A stretch of DNA of 64,000 bases, taken from positions 3,405,891-3,469,890 of the forward strand of contig CAJFCJ010000002.1 in NCBI GenBank assembly GCA_904063045.1, written 5' to 3'. This document shows, piece by piece, positions 45,956 to 57,300 of this stretch; the stretch's first letter is position 1; each line of letters starts with the position of its first letter. The DNA is from Dimorphilus gyrociliatus. Its lineage: Eukaryota; Animalia; Annelida. The position numbers and the translations under genes are program-made. The notes below the pieces were generated by a model. It searched no databases. It worked only from the letters and a program-made list of their open reading frames with translations, and was not told where the DNA came from.

Positions 45956-48900
45956 TCAACCTAGTGTAGGCCTATCGTCGTAGAGAGTTGGAGCTTGAAC
46001 AATTATACCAAAAGTACCAACAATACAGGCTGCTGAGAAAATCCAAAGGAAGAGACGATCAAGAACCATAGCAACGAATTGCCAATCTTGTTTTATCTAT
46101 TAGAATGGAAATGAATAAGTACATCTCTGTATTAGTATGTTAATTAATTTTATATTTTTAATGATTTAATAAATAATTAATTACTCTATTAAATTCATCC
46201 TGTTGCTTTAAGTGTTCTGCAATGAAGCCAACACCGATCATGGCTTGTATGGCATTGGCGGGTAAATTGGAAGAATCTTGAAGTGGTTGCTGATATTCCT
46301 CCTCCCTTACATACATTAGATTATCTTGATAAGGCTGCTTCTCATAATCAAAATTTCTTGTCTCCAATCCATCACCCCTCCTGACTGTCACCCGCCGATT
46401 ATTTTTTATTTCGTAGGCTGACATGGGCCTCCTCATTAACAAAAGTTTGGGTAAAACTTGCAGGAAGAGCTCCCTTATCCAAGGACTCATGACATGAGTA
46501 CTTGGACTCCGAAAGTGCATGTTTAACACAAAAACTGTCACTATAATTGAACAAGTCACTAGTACCATTGTAAAAAGCAGATATTTTCCAATTAAAGGAG
46601 TTGCTAAAGAAGTCGGTGGATTTATTTCAGCAACAAGCAGTAAAAAGATGTTGAGAGAATTTAAAATTGTAATACCCATAGTAATCTTCTCACCAGAATT
46701 GGCTGGTATGTAAAAGACTAATAGCGTCACGCTACAGATGGCGACACATGGTAAAATAAGATTTACTGTATAAAAAAGTGTTTTCCTTCTTATCGTAATG
46801 TTAAATTTTATGTCTGGAAATGGTTCGCTGCAGCAAGGGTAATATTTTTGATATTTTCTTGCAGGAACTGCCAGTAGATCCCACTCTGTACTTGAGTAAT
46901 AATCTCCAAGATCTATACCTCTTTCAACGACATCCAAGTCGCTCTGTTTTTCGGATAGCTCTTTGTGTTTTACATCCACAGAATAGCCATCGTAGCTCCA
47001 GCTTCCAATCTTCAAAGTACACAATTGTTCATCGAATGGAAAAAATTCGACATTAATTGGACAGAGAGATTTGTAAATTGCTGGTGGTTTCCATACTACT
47101 CTACCCGTATTATGCACTGTTGCTTTTGTTTTTAATTTGACAGTAAAATTTCCATCTGCCGAATTATATAATACAATATCAGGCAACCATAATTTCTCAG
47201 ATGGAACATATATACGAGTAACTCCTCCATATTCTTCTGGTCGCCATTGAAGCTTGTAGTCTGTCCACTCTTGTTCCAACCAGACGTTTGTCGTCATAAT
47301 TTGATTTTTTTCATCCTGTAAAACGAGAAAAAAATGAAACATCAAAGTATTGTTTAATAAAAGAATAAGCTAAAGACGAAGATTATACAAGTTTGGTGAG
47401 AAATTACAATATAAAACGTTTATATTACTCTCTGGCTATCAATCGTCTCCCTATTTTCACTTGATAAACCTAACAAGTAACGTTTAAGGGATCAAAACAG
47501 TTGACAAGGTAGAAATTAAAACATCATTTTTATTTATTACAATAATTATTTCACTAATGAATACAAGAAAATTTAGTAGTAAATAGAAAAAAAGAGAGTT
47601 CTTTCTAATTTATTATATGGATTTCTTTTACGGCGAATATCTATATATCTATTGTGAAAATTTTTACAAAGCAAACATCAAATACCATAATCCCTTTTTA
47701 TTTTAGTTAAAGTATTAAAAATCATACATTTTCATCTTTTTTTCTGTCTTTGCCTTTATATTAGTATATATATATATAAATTTTATATTGACTATATATA
47801 CAAATTTACATATATACTGTATATATACTTTGTATATACACTATTTATATATTCTTCTAATATTTTCATCTTCATAAGGCTTCTAGCTATTTTTATGATT
47901 TTATTTCTTTTCTAGTTGTTTTCTTTTTGGATTTTTTTCTCTATTTTTCTTTTAGTTTGCCGGTACAGAGCTCCTATTGATTTCTGCGACCCAATTTCTT
48001 CAAAGCTACACGCTACTATGTCTGTCTCGAATCTCTTCCAACATCCTCTGCCAGCCTAACTGTTTATCTATCAATTTATAGTACCCTAATCAAACGTAAA
48101 AGAGAGGACAATAGTTTATCATCATTACAGCAAATATTGATTTCCTTTTATCAATAAATCAATGAAATGTCCACGTGAATTTGTCAATTATCCAGCTGTC
48201 AAATGATTTCTGTCAATTCGTACAACATGGGAAAAGCAAGCATTCCTAACTATATTGAATATATGATTTATTTAGACTGAAGGACGCTATCCGTTTGAAG
48301 CTTATAATAAGTATTTTTTCCTTTACTTCATTTAAACAATCTTTTGTTCTTTTGAAAAAAAATTTCGTTTCCTTTTGCTTTTCCTCTTTCCATTTTCCCA
48401 TTTTCCGTTTCTTCTCTTCGATCGATAATTAAATTATTTTATGCTTCAGAGAAGGAAAAACTTTTATACACCTTAATTAATATTTTTAATTTTCCCTTTT
48501 ATTTTTCAATTAGGAAAAACAATATACTATCTATAGTGTTAGAAGTATAGACTGTGCACACTGTGTATCAATGTATACAGAACACTGTGTATACGAGTAT
48601 AAATATATACAAGTTTTCTATACGAGTTTGCTCTCTCTATCTCCCTCTCCCCTCTCTCTCTCTCTTTGCTAACTGGTGACTAGTGATATTCAACGGCAGT
48701 TGCTGTGAAATATCTGCTTTCTATCATTTACGGTAAACTAGAGAGATTTACTGATACAGAGATTTGAAAGAATTGCAATATTATTCGATTATTAATTTAT
48801 CAATAGCTATTAAATCATAATCGATTTTAGCAAACTAAACATACTTTTTTTTTATATTTATTAGTTTGTTTTTAATTAAATAGAAAGTATAATATTTAAC

Positions 48901-49900
48901 TTGACACACAGCTGAAAGAGCCAACTTTTCTATCTAGTTTCTCGTAAATCTCTTAGTCTTTTTGCGATGAAAGTATATTCGTATTCGCATTTGTAATTAT
49001 AAATGGCTATCGAATGGTTTATTTTATCTATAGAAGAAACGTATTATTAACGGAAATCTCTTTTTCTTTACCGTTTCTCTCCATCTATTTCTATACTAAG
49101 AACTATTTATTTCTAAAAAAAAAATTAATGAAGAGAGAATTTAAGGGGAGTACGCTTGGATAATTTAGGCGAGAAACCTCCGAGTTAAAAGGTCATAATA
49201 GTAATAAGGTTTTTCCCGCTTTTCGTGACTTCCTTATTAAAACTTTTCTGGGTCATTTTCTGTTCTTAAGCCCCCGCTTTAAGCGAGGAGGAAAGCATTA
49301 CTAATGGAGGTTTAGAATCGATTTACATTCTAAACACGTTCAAGGGTCTCCCATCAACACTTCTCAAGGGAAGACACGAAATCAACTCTAACCAATTTGG
49401 ATATTTGTTTGTTACATTAAAAACTGTAAGAATTGAAAGTAGAGTCAATCGCAGGCTTAATCCGTAATGATAGTATAATTTTGCAGTACTTTATATACTC
49501 CAGACTGGAAAATCGCCTTAAATAGCCGGCCGCCTGGAGCAGATAGGTAATTCAATAAATAGCGAGCTTTTAAGACAAACTAACATTATCGATTGATACG
49601 CTATTCCAGAACGAGGAACCGCATTGCAGTATTTTGTAGTCGGTAAAACTTTTTTACACACGTTTCCGTGGCAACGGAATTAGACAAGTCGACCTAGTTT
49701 TTTTTCACACTTACCACATCAATAATCTGAGTCAGCCGTAGCCCGAGGGAGACGGTTAGAGTATCGGTTGAATTATCAACTGGTCGTATTAATTTATTGT
49801 ACTTTTTACTTCCTAGTAGCTCATCATATAAACGTTTCGCATCTGGAGACGCCCGACAGCCGAAAATCGTTAGCAAAGTCAAGAAAACGACGCTGGCCAT
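45956..49900 (-). CDS. CHRNA: Nicotinic acetylcholine receptor alpha subunit, 485 aa; exons 49900-49715, 47315-46185, 46096-45956
   Basis: Signal peptide + [10 protein letters not shown]; Cys-loop [15 protein letters not shown]; loop A YNSADG; loop B WSYDG; vicinal cysteines YPCC; GEK before TM2; TM4 [17 protein letters not shown]. All introns phase 0 with GT-AG. Confidence 0.96.
49662..49675. promoter_or_regulatory. RFX X-box-like element in nAChR intron 1
   Basis: GTTTCCGTGGCAAC versus X-box consensus GTHNYY-AT-RRNAAC (one mismatch in the spacer). Confidence 0.3.
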
Positions 49901-51378
49901 GTTGCTTTGCAGGCGTTTTTCCAGATTTTCCAGTTGCTCGACTGAAGCGTCATCTGCGTTTCACTTTACCCCATCTGGCGGTCGCTGCACTCTTAAGAGT
50001 TCGTTATACCCGTTTTCTTTGTATTTTATTAAATAGTAATTGAAAAATAAATTAATACTTTATAAATAATTTAAGACCAATAATTACAGTTTAGTATAAA
50101 CCACATATTTATTTATGTTTTCCAAGAACTTTGTTCTTATCATTTATAATAGAAATTTCAAGTACAACACGTGTAGATAATTTAAATTGAAAAGACCAGT
50201 TCAATTCAGTTAATGATTTCCTCTAAACAGAAATTATTTGCTCAAACAGACTCTTAAAATCTTTAAAAAGATGTAAACTTAAATGAATTATTCATTTAAT
50301 GAATGATAATTAAAAGAGAGCGTAGTAGTGATATTTAACAAGCTGTCTTAAGAAAATATTAAAGAGACAGGAAACTTTGCCAAGGTGACGTCACTGCTTA
50401 AAAATTAAAGAATAGATAATATTGTTTTTTTTATTAGTAAAGCTATTTACTCCGATAATTTGGGTAACTGCCTGAAAGGAAAGCTAGCCTTGGGTTTGTA
50501 GAGTAGTAGTAATAGCCTTGGTATAGAATAAGTAGAATATAATAAAATACTTCCATATTACATAAATGTACTTCAAGTTTGCATTATTGAGTTATTTAAA
50601 TGGAGATGTTTTGGAACTAGATTATCATTTTTATTGATCATTAAAATATTAACATATCAAAAGGAAAGTGGTTAAAATTATTGCTCTTATCGATTCTCAA
50701 TTTATCATAAGTATTCATTTTCCCAATTAAGATAGCTTTTTGGTGGAAAGCTTTCGATTTAGTATCTTTTTTTCGCAATTTTGGTTGATCGATAGGGTTA
50801 TATCGAGTACTATTATAAATCCCAGTTTCATGCAGCTGTCGTTTCATATTCCCAAGCAGCTAAAAATTATATAAGCTGAATTAATCAGTTATAGAGCTGA
50901 TTAAACTATTATAAACCATTTAAGGCAGTGCACTTTTGACTGTTGATATTAACAAAATTTTGATGATTTATCGAGAATTATCTCTATATCTGCTGCCTTT
51001 CCGGCTTCTTCCCCAATTGTTTATTTGATAAAGAGAATTATGGATTTTACCGGATGAGAACTACTAAAAGAGCATTAAACAACGGATTGAAATCTTTGCA
51101 AGTACCGATTAACATTTCCAGTTGAGGCTCTATTCCTCGTCAGGGCCTTCAGCTCTCTTCCTGTGTAGAAATTATTAAAGTTCGTTTAGAAAACATTATC
51201 CGAAGCGCCATCTGCCATATAAAACTAGAACGGCAATCTTCAGGAAAACATTCAATTAATCTCTCTCATTATCCGAAGCTTTACTAGGCGTCGCCACTGT
51301 CTGACTAAGGAAACTTTTCGCTATTTTACCCCGAAACGAGCGCTTTTGTAGACACATAAACAATAAAAAGAAGGAAGT
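49901..51378. promoter_or_regulatory. Divergent (bidirectional) promoter interval between nAChR alpha and neuroligin
   Basis: The two start codons are 1.48 kb apart, head to head. Contains a full CRE palindrome GTGACGTCAC (50385-50394), an E-box CAGCTG (50833) and a CTCF-like GCGCCATCT (51205-51213). Confidence 0.6.
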
Positions 51379-54361
51379 ATGTTGGAAGAAAGAACATTTA
51401 CTCAACTCCTTCTCCTGATATTTTTTGAACATTCAACCAATTGTGCCAAGGCGTCAAAGTCTGTTTTGCTACCGTATTTAACGAGGACGAGATTAGGACC
51501 AGTTAGAGGAACTCGTACGACTTTAGATAATCTTGGACAAGTTGACACGTTTATCGGTGTGAGGTACGCTACGACAAGGGGTGGATCGCTTCGCTTTATG
51601 CCTCCTACAACCTATTCAAGTAGGTTTGAAGAAGTTGAAAACCTTAATGGTTTCACTGGGTGTCCACAACGAAAACTGGATTTTGAAAAGCTACTAAAGA
51701 AGACACCCAGTAGAAGGGTTAAGGAGCTCGATAGAATCCTTTTAGCATTCAAAAACCAGGCTTTTATCCCAGTCGAAGATTGCCTGACCTTAAACATATT
51801 CCGGCCTGCCTTGGGTTAGTTCTTACTTTTATTTCTCTCTAAAGAGTTGAAACAGGTGTAAAATTTAACTGTTTTTTATTTTGTTTTCCGAAATTTAAAA
51901 GAGGACTGATGAGTTTTTCCAAATTGTTGAAGATGTAAATTAGATTTATCTATATCCTAACTAACGTAATAAGCATTAAAACATACTAGCCATTTAAAAA
52001 AGTAAAAGACCATTGTACAAAGTATATTTTTTGCAAAAATTAGAACAACGAATCATAAAAAAAATCATTATTCTTCTAAAAAGGATAGGATTAATCCTTT
52101 AAAAATCCATGCAACCCTTTTTCCAATTCCCTAACTTTCCTAAATTACCAATTTTTCTTAATCAGATTGAAATGTACAACGAAATAATTGTCCCGGTTGC
52201 ATGTTCCCTTTACTATAATTTTTTTTTATCAGACGATACAAACAGGTGTTACAGTTGGACATTGTGTTTGTTTTATAAACTGCAAAATTTTTTAGACTAA
52301 GGTCAATATTTCGCCCCCTATGCCCCAAGCTCACAATCTCAGAGTTCATCGTTAGATTACATTGTTTATTATCTTTAAAAAAAATTGATTTATCAAAATG
52401 TATGAATTATTATTTTTTAAATAGAAAATAATACAATTTTTATTTTTAACTAAAAAAATTTTATATCAATAAATAGAAAATCAGATTTATTCTTAAGCTA
52501 AAATGAAAAAAAAACTATCTAAGAGGGATTTAATACTTTTTTTCTATTGGCTAACGTCATTTTGGCGCCGACTATTTAATTTTTTATTTGAGATAGAAGG
52601 TTAGTAGAGAAAGGGAGAGAGCATGAAGGAGTAGAAAGATTGGAATAATTGGATGAAGTGACTAAGAGCTTTCCTTTTTTTTTGTATTGAAATGCAACAA
52701 TAAAGCTGTCCCAAACCGGTCAGGGAAGGCGCAAGGGTGGACGAAATCGAATATCAGATACAAGCAATTCAGATAGGGTTTTTATTCCCTCGGCAAAATT
52801 TGGCTCTCTTTTTGTTGCTACGACGAAAGCGGAGGATTTAAATTGAGATGATTTAATGGCCGACTTCTGATTCGTATTTTTAATAGGCAAAGGCACTTTT
52901 GATAAATTAAAGGGTCTTCCAGAAAACCTGAAACTGTTCCTCTGCTTTTCATTTTTCAATGGTTTCCCTGTCAATTCTATCTCCTATCTAAAAAAATTTC
53001 CATTACTTTTGGATAGCTCTAAACAATCAAAGAACAACTAACGATCCTTTCCTTAAATCAATAAGTAATAGCCTTGCATTTTTCTTTTTGGAATCGTTCA
53101 TATTTAATACATTTCTTCCAATATAATTATAATTAATAAGCATGATTGTCTATTTTTTGTTGCTAAAGAAAAAACTTATTCTTTCTTGTGTAGAGAAGAA
53201 AGAATCGTCTATAATTTAATTAAAGACATCTACCCAACATTATCCAATAGTTAATTGTTATACAGTATATCTTACAACGTTTATATTTCTATATTTCTTA
53301 TTTTTAGCAATTGATAAGGAATATATGAATGAGTAGAAAGTAGTTAATCGATAAGCTTCTACGTTTGATTACACTTTATATCTTTTGACCTTCACGCCAA
53401 TTCTCAATTAGAGATCGAAGCCCTTGTGTATTTCTAAGCAAAATTCTACTATTATGATATTTATTGAGAAATTCGAGTGGCAATATCGTATTTCTTAAAT
53501 AAAATAACATCATTTCTTCTATTAAAGCTTTTCATATTTTATAGAAAAATATTAACTCATAGCAGAAGGCAATGAGAAATATTCCCCTCTTTGAGTGAAC
53601 AACACAAAAGGGATGTAGTAATTCATTCAACAGTATCAAAAATTGAATATCCCACTCTCAATGTATATTTGTAGCCAAATTAGAATTATAGGTTAAAATC
53701 TAAAAATTTTGAATAAAAGTCATGTTAATTTATCTCTATCCTCTTTTGAAACTTCTCCTCTAATCTAAATATTCATTCCTTTTTCGTATATGAAAGTAGA
53801 GAAAATTCTCTCTGAAAACAATAATAAATTTGATTATATATGACAAACACCAAAAAATTGTTGCGTATTTAACGGTTTGTTAGGTGAGAAATCGGGAAGA
53901 AATACACTAAAACGAGTACAAAGGATAATTATCACTTAAAATGGTTGTGGATTTTTTTTTAACCAAAATCATTTAGCCATAATTAAGATTAACAATGTAA
54001 AAGGTTGAATTTTATAAGATACTATCGTGATTTTGTAGAAAATTTCAATAAATGACTTTCAAATTTTTTTAAAATTCAATATTAACCAATCAAAAACGAA
54101 TGTAGTCCGAATAATTTGACCAATAGTCGCCGATTCCATTGCCTACTTAATTTACTCATTCGTATTGGCAGGCAATAATCAAATTCGAACAAGGGAATTT
54201 TCCTTCTATTGTATACGACATATACGTTAGACAGGGCTGAGACGAAAAATCCGAAATTTAAACAAATCAATAGAGTAAGAAAGGTTGTAGTTGCAACTGA
54301 GAATAGACTTTTAGAATGAGACCGATAGAAAAAGCGTGGAGTATATATATATGTGTGTTTT

Positions 54362-54392
<31 letters not shown>

Positions 54393-57300
54393 GAAGATAG
54401 GGGAATGGGGGTTTTCGGTAGAAAAATATAAAAGCAGAAAAGAGGAACTTGACAGGTTGTATTGCAGGAAGTATTGGGAAATTTACTTTTTCCCTTCTTG
54501 TGTCATCAAAAAAATTTATGTCTCGTTCGATAATATTCAATAAAACCGACACATTTCGTCTGTTTACTTTAGCGGCCAAAGCTCTATTTGCGCTCATCAC
54601 GTGCTCTTTTCTCTAGTCAATTTTATCTCCTGTGCTTTCAGGAAGATTTCTAGGATTTTATTATATCTTTTATATATTTTTTACTTATTTATAGATTGCA
54701 TATAAAGATAGAACCTGTTTTTCCTTAAAAGATGTTTATATCTATTTTTATATAATCGTTTCTTTTTCGCATCTTTGAATCTCTTCCTTCTATAGGCTCC
54801 CACAGTTACAGTTACTTTGTCTCTCCCCTGTCTCCTTCTCTGTCTTTCCGCCACTCTTTTCTATCTTTTCTTCTCTCAACGCAGCAAAGTATGATAAGAA
54901 ACGAAGGCAAAAAGTAATTTCTAGCAGTAGAATGAAAAGTTCTTGGCTCTTTTTGACATTTCATCCATTTATCAATCATCTGTTTGATGATGACATTCCT
55001 TTGACTGGTCGTTTTTCAATTTTAAATGACAGTGTGACTAGGAATGTTTTTTTTCTTTGTTTGTCAAGAACAATTTATGTTGTACTTGTATTGATTGAGT
55101 CCATTATTATAGCCTACTAAAATCATAACTTAATATTTTCGAGAGATTTATCGGTCAACGAATTTGTGTTTCTTCGTTTCGAAGAACAAGTTGTTTTTTA
55201 TGTAGACATCTACAGATCTAAAAAAAAATTCGATTTGGCTTTTAAGTCTCTAATGCAAATTCAAACTAATTAAAGAAAAACAGTCGAATAATTTCAAAAA
55301 GTTATTTTTAGAATATTTACTATTTAAAAAGCAATCCACGTCTACCAATATTCACACTTTAACTCAATACTTATTCTTCTGATATATAGTTTATTACTTT
55401 AGATAAAATAAAGTCATTCTAACAGATGAGAGCTTTCTTAAATCAAGTCCATTAAGAAATACGCTCCCTATCACTTGAGATATATGATAGTTGCATTAAA
55501 TTGGATATTCGTGTAAAATTTCAACATTTGCATTTAATACCTTTACCAAAATATGTAATATCATCATTCTACGAAGGTATTTCAACTTGGGAATTGGAAA
55601 CTTTACAAAGAATTTTATAAAACTTGTTTTTATTATAAATTACCGTATAATTAACAATTTTTATATAAAAAGATTATTTCTTCCATTCTAATGTTAGAGT
55701 AATTCTAACTGTTAAGTTTCTATACAAATATTTATTTAAGGAAAGAAATAACAGCTGTTATAAAAAGTGAACATTTTTTTTAAGTACTTTTCAAGATTAT
55801 TCACTGTGTGCGTTCACATATTCTCTAGTCGTATAAATATACTATATACATAAACAAGTTAGATCTGTACATGTGACAGTTGTTGTACGAAATTCTTTTT
55901 TTTGTAGCGTCATCTGTTAATTAGTTTTGTAAGAATGTAGCAAAAAAGAAAAAGTGAAAAAAAAATAGATCAAATAATAAGAGTATTAATAGAATGGAAC
56001 TGCTATAATTAGGGGATAGAGGAAGAAGGAGAGGGAGGGAGAAATTAGTTAGATGTAGAGGAGAATTATTTGTAAATATTTTTATATTATTAAAAGAGAA
56101 CAAAACTATTTTGTTTTATGAGATATGAATTTTTCAAATAAGGTTATTCCATGATTGCGTGAAAGATTCTAATCAAAGGGGGAAGCTCTGAATAATACCT
56201 CTTTTAAACCCTTAATTAAATGAGAAAAAAAATTCTTTTGGGAGTCGTCGACCTTCACACATAAATATTTAATATAAATAGGCGTCATTTTCAATTCTTT
56301 TTATTATTAAATTAGGTCAAACTGTTTGTAATTACTACTGTAAAGATTTTGTTCTAAAAGAAAGCTATATAAAGAAAAAATATTAATTCAAACAGACAGA
56401 TTAAACTGGCTCGAGACGACTATTACATTTTTATTAAGATAAGTTATATTTCAGTTTTTATTATAGAAAAATGTTTGTAAGAGGGCTTGTCGACTCTCAA
56501 CACAAGATGACTTAGATTGGCTACAATTACTTCCTCCGACAACAATCGATAGGATAAAAAACTATTCTTTAGAGTTTTCTTTTCATACTTATATTTATTT
56601 TCTTAAACTGGAAAAAACCTTACAATTTATAAATATTTGTTGATTTTCTTAGTAAAAAAACAAGTATAAACAGTCCGTATATGTAGTTTATAAAGATATA
56701 AACTAAATAGCTGTTTATCATTTGCTGATTGCTGATAAGTTCAATTGCTTATTGACAATTTCTTCTTACAACAGGAAAAAATGAAACGAAAAGATTTCCG
56801 GTTCTTGTATTTTTACATGGAGAAAATTACGAATATGGCTCAGCAGATAATTACGACGCGTCAATCTTATCCGTCAAAGGAAAAGTCATGGCGATTACGG
56901 TCAATTACAGGCTAGGAGCTTTGGGTGAGTATCGTCAAAGTCTACCGACGCCTGGGCGTCTCATGTTTATTAACCTCTACAGTGGAAACGAGATAAATCG
57001 TTAAAAGGCTATTTTTCAAATTCGCTTTCTCATTATAAAACAAACATCTCACTTAGGCCATTCATTCATCCTTAGGAAAACATTTAATCGCCATAAAACC
57101 CTCTTTGAAACGAAACCAGAGAGAAAATATATAAAATACCAATATTGTTCAATCGTGGTTTGACAGTAGCAAACAAACGAGATATTGTAAATGATTTTCA
57201 TTCATGGAATTTTTCCAATTCTTAATAAGTATAATGCTTTTGAAGAGGTTATCTATAAAGGAATACATAATATTCTTAGAAATCCTATAAGTTGTAATAA

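Noticed and set aside
52690-54600. GC-richer patches and ORFs 52720-52974 and 54082-54600 in neuroligin intron 1 as a splice-site-A exon or nested gene
   Set aside because: No clean phase 1-1 exon with good splice sites; translations are low-complexity or unrecognisable.
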